The notes under the pieces were generated by a model. It was not told the origin of the DNA. It made no database searches and worked only from the letters and a program-made list of their open reading frames with translations. From assembly GCA_036006525.1 (NCBI GenBank), contig DASYPP010000109.1, positions 29,518 through 93,517 on the forward strand: a stretch of DNA of 64,000 nucleotides. Reading direction: 5' to 3'. Positions 53,948 to 63,099 of the stretch are shown here, piece by piece. Numbering within the stretch: the stretch's first letter is position 1; each line of letters starts with the position of its first letter. A program made the translations under genes and the position numbers. This DNA is from Gemmatimonadales bacterium. Lineage in GTDB: Bacteria > Gemmatimonadota > Gemmatimonadetes > Gemmatimonadales > GWC2-71-9.

Positions 53948-54733
53948 GTGCGTTTCTCCTGCGCCGCCCGCACCGATGTCGGAATCGTTCGCTCCGGCAA
54001 CGAGGACAACTACCTGATGCTCGCCGACCGCGGCGTCTTCATCGTCGCGGATGGCATGGGGGGGCATGCGGCGGGCGAGGTAGCGAGTGAGATGGCGGTC
54101 CGGATCATTTCGAAGGAGCTGGGCTCGCTCCGGGGGCTCAATGACGAGGGTGTTGGGGAGCGGCTCCGGGTAGCAATCCGCTCCGCCAACGAAGCGATCT
54201 TCGACCGGACACTCGCCGAGCACGACAAGCGAGGCATGGGGACCACGGTCACCACGCTCACCCTGCTGCCCCGCCGGTACATGATCGGCCAGGTGGGCGA
54301 TAGCCGGGCCTACCTGCTTCGCGACGGGCATTTCCTGCAGGTCACCAAGGATCACTCCTACGTCCAGGAGCAGGTGGACGCCGGGTTGCTCACTCCAGAA
54401 CAGGCGCGGGTCCATCCCTACAGCAACGTGATTACCCGCTGCGTGGGCGCCAGCAACGAGGTGGTGGCCGACGTGTACTTTGGAAGCCTGAGGGCGGGGG
54501 ACGTCCTGCTGCTCGCCTCCGATGGACTGACGGGGATGCTGGAGGACGAGCAACTCAGCAAGATCCTCGCTTCCGACGGCGGCCCGCAGACCTGGGTGGA
54601 CCGGATGATCACCGAGGCGAACCGGCGGGGCGGACTCGACAACATCACCGCGATCATCATCAAGATCGAAACCATCGACACGCCGTCGGGCGAGCATCCG
54701 GCGGTCCCGGTCTCCGCGGGTATTACCGGCTGA
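53948..54733 (+). CDS. PP2C-family Ser/Thr phosphatase
   Basis: RTDVGIVRSGNEDN, VADGMGGHAAGEVAS, GTTV, ASDGL, DNITAI. Confidence 0.9.
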   Translation: MRFSCAARTDVGIVRSGNEDNYLMLADRGVFIVADGMGGHAAGEVASEMAVRIISKELGSLRGLNDEGVGERLRVAIRSANEAIFDRTLAEHDKRGMGTTVTTLTLLPRRYMIGQVGDSRAYLLRDGHFLQVTKDHSYVQEQVDAGLLTPEQARVHPYSNVITRCVGASNEVVADVYFGSLRAGDVLLLASDGLTGMLEDEQLSKILASDGGPQTWVDRMITEANRRGGLDNITAIIIKIETIDTPSGEHPAVPVSAGITG

Positions 54734-55982
54734 TCTGGCGCAGCACCCTCTCCGCCGGCAGCCTCACCAGTTCCAAGACCCAATCCATAGGCTGTTTCGG
54801 CATCGCCGCCACGAAGACCCTGAAGCGGCGCGCCGTGCGGTACAGCTCTTCGGCCACCCGGGGCAGGCCGAGCTGGCCTTCGCGTCCCTCCGAGGTCAAC
54901 CGGTCGACCAGCCCGTCCCGGGTACGCAACGGGAGGTCCACACCCAGCATCGCCGAGCGCACCGGGAAGTCGAGGAGGACTTCTCCCGGTTTCAGTCCCG
55001 CCCGTGCCGCGCACATGTCCTCGACCTTTCCGAGCAGGCCCGGTTGTTCCCAGAGCCAGGGCTGGGCATCCTCCGGCACTTCACTCGCGGGAAGGTCGAG
55101 CGCCCGTTTGTAGAGCCGCCGCTGGTGCACGGCGAGGGCGAGGCCCGATGGATCCGCGACGAAGAGCCGTTCCATCAGTCCCCCGTCGGTCAGCCCCGCC
55201 ACCGCTTCAGCCGTGAGATTCCCCGCGAGGACCGCGGCCCCCACTGCCCGTTTGAACATGCAGGTTGCCGAGCGCACCGCGTGGTGCCAATACACGTTCC
55301 GGTACATCTGGTATTTCGCGAAGAGCAGCGACTCCAGCGCGCTCACTCCCTTCTCATGAACCCCGATCTCGGGTCCCCGCTCGGTGGAGACCAGCGACAA
55401 GGCTGAGATCAGGCGCGCCACGTCAACTGCGCCGTAGGGAACCCCGCACATCCGGGCGTCTCGACTCAAGTACTCGATCTTGTCCAGGTCCAGGGAGCCG
55501 GAGATGAGGCCGGCCAGCGGGCTCTTGCTCCGCCCCCGGATGAGCGCACCGATCCGGGACTCGAGGTCGCTCACGCCGAAGGTCGCCAGAGCCTGGGCCA
55601 GCTCACCTTGTGCCAGGTACTGAACGCCCAGGGCTTCGTGATGGAGAAACCCGGCTTCCTCCAGCGCGTGGGAGAACGGATAGTGCCCGATATCATGGAG
55701 CAGGGCGGCCAACCGAACCGCGAGCTGGTCTTCCTCCGAGACCTGGGCCAGCTCGCCCCGCTCGGCCAGGGCGCTCAACGCGAGCTTGGTCAGGTGATAG
55801 GTGCCGAGAGCGTGTTCGAAGCGGGAATGGGTCGCACCGGGGTAGACCAGGAAGGCGTGTCCCAGCTGGCGGATGTAGCGCAACCGCTGGAGGGCCGGCG
55901 TGTCCACCAGCCGCATAACAGCGCGATCCACCCGGATGTTGTCCCAGAGTGGATCGCGAATTATCTCGAAGTCGACTGTCAT
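54723..55982 (-). CDS. HD-domain phosphohydrolase (dNTP triphosphohydrolase/SAMHD1-like architecture)
   Basis: LQRLRYIRQLG, THSRFEHALGTYHL, LLHDIGHYPFSHALE. Its 3' end overlaps the PP2C 3' end by 11 nt (convergent). Confidence 0.75.
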   Translation of the reverse strand: MTVDFEIIRDPLWDNIRVDRAVMRLVDTPALQRLRYIRQLGHAFLVYPGATHSRFEHALGTYHLTKLALSALAERGELAQVSEEDQLAVRLAALLHDIGHYPFSHALEEAGFLHHEALGVQYLAQGELAQALATFGVSDLESRIGALIRGRSKSPLAGLISGSLDLDKIEYLSRDARMCGVPYGAVDVARLISALSLVSTERGPEIGVHEKGVSALESLLFAKYQMYRNVYWHHAVRSATCMFKRAVGAAVLAGNLTAEAVAGLTDGGLMERLFVADPSGLALAVHQRRLYKRALDLPASEVPEDAQPWLWEQPGLLGKVEDMCAARAGLKPGEVLLDFPVRSAMLGVDLPLRTRDGLVDRLTSEGREGQLGLPRVAEELYRTARRFRVFVAAMPKQPMDWVLELVRLPAERVLRQISR

Positions 55983-56003
55983 CCGGAGGGGAGCTTCGCT
56001 AGC

Positions 56004-57605
56004 TCAGGCCCGGGGCCCTGCGGCCCGCACTGCTTCCGGCACCTCGCTGGCGTACTTCCCGAAATTCTCGCGAAACATTCCGGCCAGCTTCGCTGCCTGC
56101 GTATCGTAGGCTGCCTTGTCGGTCCAGGTCTCCCGCGGCGTCAGCAGCGATGCCGGTACCTGGGGAATCTCGGTCGGAACCTCGAACCCGAAGATGTCAT
56201 CCTTCCGATAGCGGACTTTGTCGAGGCCGCCGGCCAGCGCCGCCCGCACGATGGTGCGGGTATGGGGCAGGCTGATGCGGCTGCCGGTGCCGTAGGCCCC
56301 GCCGGTCCACCCGGTGTTGATCAACCAGACCCGCGACCCGTACTGCGCGATCCGCTCGCCCAGCATGCGGGCGTACACCCCGGGATGTAGCGGCAGGAAT
56401 GGCGCTCCAAAGCACGCGCTGAACGTCGCGGAGGGTTCGGTCACTCCTCGTTCGGTCCCCGCGACCTTGGCCGTGTAGCCGGACAGGAAATGGTACATCG
56501 CCTGTTCCGGGGTGAGCCGGGCGATCGGGGGCAGCACGCCGAACGCGTCCGCCGTCAGGAAGACGATGTTCCGGGGCAGGCCGCCGACCCCGGTGGGCAC
56601 GTGGTTGGGAATGAATTCGATCGGGTAGCTGGCGCGGGTGTTCTCGGTGATCCTCGCCGAATCGAAATCGATGCGCCGGGTCTCGGGATTGAGGTCGACG
56701 TTTTCCAGGATGGTGCCGAAGGTGTGCGTGGTGGCGTAAATCTCTGGCTCGGTGTCGGGCCGGAGCTTGATCACCTTGGCGTAGCACCCACCCTCGAAGT
56801 TGAAGACGCCGTGCTCGCTCCAGCCGTGTTCATCATCGCCGATCAGGCCGCGGGTCGCGTCGGCCGACAGGGTGGTCTTGCCGGTGCCCGAGAGCCCGAA
56901 GAAGATCGCGGTATCGCCGTCCTTGCCGATGTTGGCGGAACAGTGCATCGGCAATACGCCCTGCTGGGGCAGGAAATAATTGAGGACGGTGAAAATCGCC
57001 TTCTTCATTTCGCCCGCGTACCGGGTTCCCCCGATCAGCGCCATGCGCCGCCCGAAGTGCAGCACGATGAAGGTCCCGGTCCGAGTCCCGTGCACCGCCG
57101 GGTCGGCCTGCAGCTCCGGCGCATGCAGCACGGTAAACCCGGGATCGAATCCCTCCAGCTCGGCCTGGCGCGGCCGGATGAACATGTTCCGCACGAACAG
57201 GGCCTGCCAGGCATTGGGCGTCACGAAGCGAACCGCGAGGCGGTAGGCGGGGTCTGCTCCGCCATAAAGATCCTGGAGATACACTTCCTGGCCGGACAGG
57301 TGGGACGTGACCTGGGCCAGGAGTTTGTCGAACTGAGGATCGGAGAGCTTCGCGTTCTTTTCCCACCAGATCTGGCGGCTGGAACCGGGTTCGTCGACCA
57401 CGAACTTGTCGTTCGGGGACCGCCCGGTATGCGGCGAGGTGACGACCGCCAGCGCACCACCCTCAGCCACGACACCTTCATTGCGCCGGAGCGCGTGCTC
57501 GTACAACTGCGGCGCGATCAGGTTGGCGTGGATGCCGCGAGGCTCGAAGCCCAGGCGGTAGTCCGGGTGCCGATCACGGGTGCGGGGGGCAGCCTGCGTA
57601 CTCAT
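56004..57605 (-). CDS. pckA: Phosphoenolpyruvate carboxykinase (ATP)
   Basis: 533 aa. [29 protein letters not shown]. Confidence 0.95.
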   Translation of the reverse strand: MSTQAAPRTRDRHPDYRLGFEPRGIHANLIAPQLYEHALRRNEGVVAEGGALAVVTSPHTGRSPNDKFVVDEPGSSRQIWWEKNAKLSDPQFDKLLAQVTSHLSGQEVYLQDLYGGADPAYRLAVRFVTPNAWQALFVRNMFIRPRQAELEGFDPGFTVLHAPELQADPAVHGTRTGTFIVLHFGRRMALIGGTRYAGEMKKAIFTVLNYFLPQQGVLPMHCSANIGKDGDTAIFFGLSGTGKTTLSADATRGLIGDDEHGWSEHGVFNFEGGCYAKVIKLRPDTEPEIYATTHTFGTILENVDLNPETRRIDFDSARITENTRASYPIEFIPNHVPTGVGGLPRNIVFLTADAFGVLPPIARLTPEQAMYHFLSGYTAKVAGTERGVTEPSATFSACFGAPFLPLHPGVYARMLGERIAQYGSRVWLINTGWTGGAYGTGSRISLPHTRTIVRAALAGGLDKVRYRKDDIFGFEVPTEIPQVPASLLTPRETWTDKAAYDTQAAKLAGMFRENFGKYASEVPEAVRAAGPRA

Positions 57606-57781
57606 GAAATCCTTCCGCGTTTCGGGCGCTGGGTGTTCAAGTGGCAGCGCCCGACCTCCGAACTGGAAGGCAGGGCGCGTATACAGGGAGGGGAAAGATC
57701 AACCGTGGAGCGGCGTGTCGCAACCACCCGGGGCGTGGAGTCCCTAAATCTCTTTGCTGCAAGTACTTGCGTTACCCGAAA

Positions 57782-58450
57782 TCAGGGCCTTACCGGATGC
57801 ATGTCCGCCTCGCGGTGGTACAGGGCCTCCACGGTCGCGATGTCCCGGTCCGAGAGCCGGATCGCCTGCGGGTCGGTGAACATGATGTCGTTCACGTCGC
57901 CCGAGTGCTGCAGCAGCCCCATGGTGTGTCCGACTTCGTGGGTCGCGGTGATTCTCAAGCAGAGGCCGAGGCTGTCGCTCTGGAACTTGGGATTCAGAAA
58001 GACCCGGACCGGCACCAGGAACTCCTGCCGGGTGGCGACGGTGTCCACGTCGGTCGCGCCCTCGCACTCGGGGCGAAGGCTTGCCAGCCGGATGGTTGAC
58101 GGGCTGGGCTTGGGCGGGATGTTCTCCACCCGGACGATGACATCGGCCGAATTGGAATCGCTCACCACGGTGGCGTCCCATTCATTGTAGAGGAATGCCG
58201 TTTTCCAGGTCGCGATGGCATTCCGCACCAGGGCCGGAGCCCCCACGCTGTCTTCCACCCAATAGCGAACCGGGATGGCGGTTCGGGGCCAGTGAAAGCG
58301 AAGGCTGTCCACCGCCGGCTGGCCCTGGTTGTCGAACGGAATGAACAGCCGCGATTCATAGGGTATCGGCCGCGTCGGCGTGCCGATATCGGTGCAGCCG
58401 GCCAGCAGGGTCGCGGCGATCCAAAGCGACAGGCGCATGGTTGGTTTCAT
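57782..58450 (-). CDS. Metzincin (matrixin-like) zinc protease lipoprotein
   Basis: MKPTMRLSLWIAATLLAGC lipobox. HEVGHTMGLLQH matches HExxHxxGxxH. Confidence 0.75.
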   Translation of the reverse strand: MKPTMRLSLWIAATLLAGCTDIGTPTRPIPYESRLFIPFDNQGQPAVDSLRFHWPRTAIPVRYWVEDSVGAPALVRNAIATWKTAFLYNEWDATVVSDSNSADVIVRVENIPPKPSPSTIRLASLRPECEGATDVDTVATRQEFLVPVRVFLNPKFQSDSLGLCLRITATHEVGHTMGLLQHSGDVNDIMFTDPQAIRLSDRDIATVEALYHREADMHPVRP

Positions 58451-58451
58451 C

Positions 58452-59051
58452 TCAGAAATCCTTCACCACTCCGACCTCGAGTCCCACGCGGTGAATGGCC
58501 TGGCTCCGGGTGAAGCCGCGGGATTGCAGCTCCTTGGTGGTGAAGCTGCTTAGCCCATAGCGCGCCGCCGCCACCCACTCCCAACCGGGGTGAAGGTCTT
58601 TGCGATACTCGGCCGTAAAGTTTCCGGTGATCCGGGTGGGCCCCCCCTGCTGGAATATCCCGGTCTTTTCCGAGGGCAGGTATTTCATCAGGCCAACGCC
58701 GATCCGGAAATAGAAATCCCGCACCATGAGCGGGCCTTCCGCCGCCAGCAGGATGGTCGCGGTACGCAGCGAGCCCAGGTCGGTGTCGACGCCATTCTCA
58801 GTTGCCTTCACTGAGGCGGTGGTGAACACCGTCTCCAGGCCGAGCCGGTACTTCCTGCCGCTCGGAATCGAGGCGCTGAGCGCCAGGGTGGGGGCGATGC
58901 CTGCCTTCACGCTGATCGGACTGACCACGACGTCCTTCATGAGCGTCGAGGACCAGGTCGCGCCCAGTCGAGCGCCGAGCCGCACCTGCTGGGCCGAGAC
59001 GGTGGTGGCGAGCGCAATGGTGATCAGTGTCGTGATGTTTAGGATTCGCAT
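58452..59051 (-). CDS. Small outer-membrane beta-barrel protein
   Basis: I moved the start to the ATG at 59051 (MRILNITTLITIALATTVSAQQ). Alternating beta-strand pattern. C-terminal GLEVGVVKDF with a terminal Phe. Confidence 0.6.
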   Translation of the reverse strand: MRILNITTLITIALATTVSAQQVRLGARLGATWSSTLMKDVVVSPISVKAGIAPTLALSASIPSGRKYRLGLETVFTTASVKATENGVDTDLGSLRTATILLAAEGPLMVRDFYFRIGVGLMKYLPSEKTGIFQQGGPTRITGNFTAEYRKDLHPGWEWVAAARYGLSSFTTKELQSRGFTRSQAIHRVGLEVGVVKDF

Positions 59052-59236
59052 GGCCGGAAGATGGGGACGAACCGCCTGAGGGTCAACGCACCAACACGAC
59101 AAATTCTGCAGTCCCTTCAGCCCCTTCTCCCGGCACCCTGTAGTGGCCCTGACGCGACATAGAGGACCACTTCCAAGTGCTTCTGGCAGCGGCAGTTCCA
59201 CGATGAAAGACTTTGCAATTGGGCCAGTTAGGGGGT

Positions 59237-59256
59237 GTCCGGTCCGGTCCGGTCTG
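59237..59256. repeat. Tandem pentamer GTCCG x3 plus GTCTG
   Basis: gtccg gtccg gtccg gtctg, within a 455-bp non-coding divergent region. Confidence 0.7.
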
Positions 59257-59506
59257 GCAGGTACGAATCGTGCGCATTCACCCCCCGAGGCTGCTAAGTT
59301 CCGGCTCGCCTCGAAACGATTCGAAAACCAATCTGGCCGATCCAGGCTCGCCCCGATCGCCACGCCTCCTCCCGGCGGTGGAATTCGCCCGGGTTCGAAA
59401 CGTGTGGACCGAGGCGATCGTCGTCTTGGCGACGCTGGGGCGCTTGCTTTCGCTTGACAGAGGTGACCCTGAGGGTACGTTCCCCCGCTCTTTTTAGGCG
59501 ATACCG

Positions 59507-60943
59507 GTGACTGAACTCGTACGCCCTCGCGTTCTTCTCCTTGGCGATCCGGCCGCGCGGCCGGAAGGGCTGGAGCGCGCGCTGGTGCGAGGTGGTTTCC
59601 AGGTTACCGAAGCCGACAGCATCACGATTTCCCGCCCCAGCGGTCCCCTCCCCGATCTCATCCTGCTGACCTCGGCCGAAGCCGATGCGCATCTGACCGA
59701 GGAGCTGGGCCGGCTCGCCGGCCGGCATTGGCAAGGGGTACCTATCGTCGTCGTGCTGAACCGTGGCGATGCCGAGGCGGTGACTCGCATGCTCGGGCTG
59801 GGCGCGTCCGACGTGATGGTGAGTCCCGGCCACCTGCCCGAGATCATTGCCCGGGCCCATGCCCGGATCAAGGGGCGCACCGATGTGGACGGAATGCGCC
59901 AGTCATCCGAGCAGCATGAACTGCTGTTCGACATTTTTCAGGAAGCCTCCGGCGCGCTCCGGCCCGATGAGATCGTGCAGACGCTGGTGCGCCGCATCGG
60001 CGAGGCGCTGAACCTGGCGCGGTGCTCCTTCGTGCTCACCCCCGCCGGGGAGCAGGTGGGGCGGGTGCTCGCGGTCTTCGAGAATCCCACGGTGCGCGAT
60101 CTCCAGGTGGACCTGACCCGCTACCCGGAGATCGTCGAAGCGGTGCGCACCGAACGGCCGGTGGTCGTGTCCGATGTGCAGGAGCATCCGCTTTTCCAGA
60201 GCGTACGGCAGCGATGGTCGGACCAGCACGTGCAGCCCGACCTCAGGAGCGTGGTGGCGCTGCCGGTGAACCTGCAGGGCCGCACGCCTGGAGTCTTCCT
60301 GCTGCGCACCGGCGCCAACGATGTCCCCCTCACCGACCAGCAGCTCGAGTTTGCCCAGACCCTGTCCAAGGCCGCCAGCCGGCTCTTGGAAACCGAAGAA
60401 CGGCGGGCCGGCGTCTACCGCCGCCAGGCGCAGGCGGGCGCCACCGATCCGCTCACTGGCTGCGGCAGCCTCGACGCGCTGGACCGGAGAATTCGCGAGG
60501 AGTTCGAGCGGGCCCGGCGCTACGCCCTGAGCTTCAGTCTCATCCTGCTCGATGTCGATGAGCTGCGGACCCTCAACGACCGCTTCGGCACCGTTACCGG
60601 CGACCGGGTGCTGGTGGAGCTGGGCTCCATTCTGCAGCGCGAGCTTCGCGCTCCGGATTTCGTCTCCCGCTATGGCGGCGACGAGTTTGCCCTCATCCTC
60701 CCCGAGACCGACCTGGACGGCGCCCGCCGCTCGGTAGGCCGGGTGCGCAATCGCATTGCGTCGCATCCCTTCGCCGATCTCCTCCCCGAGAACCGGCCCC
60801 GGCTGTCCGCCGGCATCGTGTCATTCCCTCATCCTTCCGCGCTGCAGACCGAAGACCTGTTCGCGTTGGTGGAAGCGGCGTTGTTGCGGGGGAAGGCGCA
60901 GAAGGAAGAGAGAATCGGTACTGCGGAGAGTGTCGCCGCCTGA
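59507..60943 (+). CDS. Diguanylate cyclase: degenerate receiver, GAF and GGDEF domains
   Basis: The N-terminal REC-like fold lacks the acidic pocket (LLLGDP, LILLTSAE). GAF-like middle region. RYGGDEFALILPE preceded by RAPD (RxxD I-site spacing). Confidence 0.85.
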   Translation: MTELVRPRVLLLGDPAARPEGLERALVRGGFQVTEADSITISRPSGPLPDLILLTSAEADAHLTEELGRLAGRHWQGVPIVVVLNRGDAEAVTRMLGLGASDVMVSPGHLPEIIARAHARIKGRTDVDGMRQSSEQHELLFDIFQEASGALRPDEIVQTLVRRIGEALNLARCSFVLTPAGEQVGRVLAVFENPTVRDLQVDLTRYPEIVEAVRTERPVVVSDVQEHPLFQSVRQRWSDQHVQPDLRSVVALPVNLQGRTPGVFLLRTGANDVPLTDQQLEFAQTLSKAASRLLETEERRAGVYRRQAQAGATDPLTGCGSLDALDRRIREEFERARRYALSFSLILLDVDELRTLNDRFGTVTGDRVLVELGSILQRELRAPDFVSRYGGDEFALILPETDLDGARRSVGRVRNRIASHPFADLLPENRPRLSAGIVSFPHPSALQTEDLFALVEAALLRGKAQKEERIGTAESVAA

Positions 60944-61026
60944 TCCTGAGCGCCGCGAAGGATCTCTAGCCGGCGTCTTCTGGTGCGAGTAAAGAGATCC
61001 TTCGGTTCGCTACGCTCCCTCAGGAT
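60942..61026. terminator. Long hairpin between the convergent diguanylate cyclase and envC-like genes
   Basis: Inner 12-bp stem: cgaaggatctct (60956-60967) / agagatccttcg (60993-61004). Outer stem: atcctgag (60942-60949) / ctcaggat (61019-61026). There is no clear U-run. Confidence 0.55.
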
Positions 61027-62237
61027 TACCGTCGTCGCCGCAGCCAGTCTGCCGGGTCCAGCGCAATTCCATTCTCACCGCGAATCTCGAAGTACAGTTG
61101 GGAGCCCTCGTCCGAGGTGGCCTCGCCTACCGTCGCGATGACCTGCCCCCGGGCGACCGCCGCTCCGACTGCGACCCGGGTTTCGCCCAGGTGCATGTAG
61201 AGGGAGCGGTACCCATTGCCGTGCTGGATGCCCAGCGTGAGGCCATAGGTGCTGAGCCGCTGGATAAACTCCACCGTGCCGGACTCAACGGCCTTGACCG
61301 CGGTTCCCGGGCTGGCCGCGATTCCGATCCCGTTGCGCCGAATCACGCCGCCACTGGGCAGGGTTACCCGCCCAAACGGATACAGGATGTTGCCGTCGAC
61401 CGGCCAATCGAGCTTGCCGATGTCGGACGTGGTAAGCGAGCCGGCAACCGGAGTGCCGGCCTCGCCGGCCCGGCGGTTGCGCTCCAGCGTGGCGAGCAGG
61501 TCATTGAGCCGGTTCTCGTCCCGCTCCAGGTCGCTCAATCGCTGCTCGGTGCTCCGGGTCCGGCCCTGGACCTGGCGCAACCGCTGCGATCGCTCGTTGG
61601 CCAGGGTGCCGTAGTTCTGCAGCTCGGTCTCCCGTTCCGCTCGCCGCCGGCTGAATTCGCTCCGCATCTGCACCACTTCCTGCCGCTGCCGCTGCACCCG
61701 GTCGCGGAGGCTTTCGACTTCGGTGAGCAGGGTGCGGTCCTGCCGGCTGGTGAGGTAGAGGTACTTGTAGCGGCTCAGCAGGTCGCCGAAGGACTCGGCT
61801 GCGAGCATGACCTGGAAGCCGTACAGCGGTCCCCGCTTGTAGATGTCCACCAGGCGGCGGGAGAGCACCGCGCGCTTCTCGGCCAGGTTGTCTTCCGCCA
61901 GCGCGAGATCCGAACTGACCTTGTCCACCTGCACGTTGAGCCCGCCGATCTGGGACTCCAGCTCGTTGACGATCCGATTGGTGGTCTCCCGCTGCCGCTC
62001 GATGTTGGACAATTCCTGGTCCAGGGTGTGAGCCTGGCCCTGTAGCCGGGTCCGCTCCTCCTGCAGCTGTTCCCGTTCCCGGCGGATCTGGTCGATCCGC
62101 CGCCGGCTTTCTTCCAGTTGTTGGGGGACGTTGTTCTGGGCAGCAACGACTGAAGGGGCGGCAACCAGCAGGAATCCGAGACACGCGAGGCTGTTCCTTA
62201 CCGCCGTACCGCCGTACCGCCTTAGCGCCCTAGACAT
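61026..62237 (-). CDS. EnvC-like murein hydrolase activator (coiled-coil plus M23/LytM domain)
   Basis: Long heptad-rich region (QLEESRRRIDQIRREREQLQEE...). C-terminal M23 domain GIGIAASPGTAVKAVESGTV...HLGE. I chose the start at 62237, which gives an 8-nt overlap with ftsX. The N-terminus is encoded by a repeat array. Confidence 0.8.
   Translation of the reverse strand: MSRALRRYGGTAVRNSLACLGFLLVAAPSVVAAQNNVPQQLEESRRRIDQIRREREQLQEERTRLQGQAHTLDQELSNIERQRETTNRIVNELESQIGGLNVQVDKVSSDLALAEDNLAEKRAVLSRRLVDIYKRGPLYGFQVMLAAESFGDLLSRYKYLYLTSRQDRTLLTEVESLRDRVQRQRQEVVQMRSEFSRRRAERETELQNYGTLANERSQRLRQVQGRTRSTEQRLSDLERDENRLNDLLATLERNRRAGEAGTPVAGSLTTSDIGKLDWPVDGNILYPFGRVTLPSGGVIRRNGIGIAASPGTAVKAVESGTVEFIQRLSTYGLTLGIQHGNGYRSLYMHLGETRVAVGAAVARGQVIATVGEATSDEGSQLYFEIRGENGIALDPADWLRRRR
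62196..62233. repeat. Single-arm 8-mer array, CCKTACCG x4.7 (same family as 20744-20844)
   Basis: ccttaccg ccgtaccg ccgtaccg ccttagcg ccctag. It contains the ftsX stop (62230-62232) and encodes the envC-like N-terminus SRALRRYGGTAVRN. Confidence 0.9.
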
Positions 62238-63099
62238 TACGCAAATGCCGGCCGACACTCACCAGGCTGGCGCTCAGACCCAGCAGCGTCCCGAACAGTA
62301 TGATGAGCGCGATGTGCACCGGCTGGAAGAACACCAGGCCGGTCGTGGTGCCGATCTGGTTGCCCCGGAACAGCAGGTAGCCCAGGTAACTGAGCAAGAC
62401 GGCCAGCGCTCCTCCCAGGAACCCTTTCAGCGCACCCTCAAGGAGGAATGGACCCCGCACGAACCAGTCACTGGCACCCACCAGCCGCATGATGGCGATT
62501 TCCCGGGCCCGTTGCAGCACGGTCATCCGGATGGTGGTCCCGATGATCACCACGGCCACTACGGCAAACGCCAGCCCGATCGTCATCACCACGAGTCCGG
62601 CAATGTTACGCAGCTTGTCCAGCCGCTCGATCCAGTCGCGGCCATAGCGCACGTCCTCCACGAACTGGTACGCCTTGACCCGGTCCGCCACGGCCCGCGC
62701 GTGCTCGGCGTCGCGGAAGCCTTCTTTCAGGCTGATCTCCAGCGAGGCCGGCAACGGATTCACCTGGAGGTCACGGTAGACGTCGCGGAACTCGACCATC
62801 GTGGTCCGGGCCCGCGCCAGCGCCTGCTCGGCGCTCACGTAGTCCACCGTCTGCACCTCGGGAAAGGCGGAGATGTCTTCCGAGGCGGTCGCGATGGTTT
62901 CCGGCGGTGTGCCGCGAAGCAGGAACGCCACGACCTCCACCCGCTCCTCCACGCCCCGCAATGCCGCCCGCAGGTTCAGCGCGACCAAGCCGAACAGGCC
63001 GACCACGAAGAGCGAAAAGGCGATGGTGGTGACGGAGAGTGCCGACAAGAGCGGTGCCCGGCGGAACGACAGCAGGGCCTCACGGGAAACCAGCCTCAC
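62230..63099 (-). CDS. ftsX: Cell division ABC transporter permease FtsX
   Basis: 289 aa with 4 TM helices and a large first periplasmic loop. Sits immediately downstream of ftsE with a 4-nt overlap. Confidence 0.9.
   Translation of the reverse strand: MRLVSREALLSFRRAPLLSALSVTTIAFSLFVVGLFGLVALNLRAALRGVEERVEVVAFLLRGTPPETIATASEDISAFPEVQTVDYVSAEQALARARTTMVEFRDVYRDLQVNPLPASLEISLKEGFRDAEHARAVADRVKAYQFVEDVRYGRDWIERLDKLRNIAGLVVMTIGLAFAVVAVVIIGTTIRMTVLQRAREIAIMRLVGASDWFVRGPFLLEGALKGFLGGALAVLLSYLGYLLFRGNQIGTTTGLVFFQPVHIALIILFGTLLGLSASLVSVGRHLRNV

Noticed and set aside
50449-54009. Minus-strand ORFs of 617 and 543 aa, and a 523-aa alternative-frame plus-strand ORF
   Set aside because: They overlap the ABC exporter and FHA genes, which carry Walker/signature and FHA motifs. 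The alternatives are Arg/Pro/Gly-rich with no motifs.
54723-55982. The HD-domain dNTPase-like gene as an anti-phage defence element
   Set aside because: It is a single gene in a housekeeping context (next to pckA and convergent with PP2C). This family is widespread as a housekeeping dNTP hydrolase, and there are no neighbouring defence genes.
56490-58190. A 566-aa plus-strand ORF
   Set aside because: It is antisense to pckA and the metzincin gene, both of which are strongly supported.
59052-59363. The N-terminal 104-aa extension of the OMP ORF. The same issue applies to the 28157-29518, 29673-29879 and 25343-25432 extensions.
   Set aside because: Each has an internal Met followed by a clean signal peptide or lipobox, while the upstream extension has non-protein-like composition.
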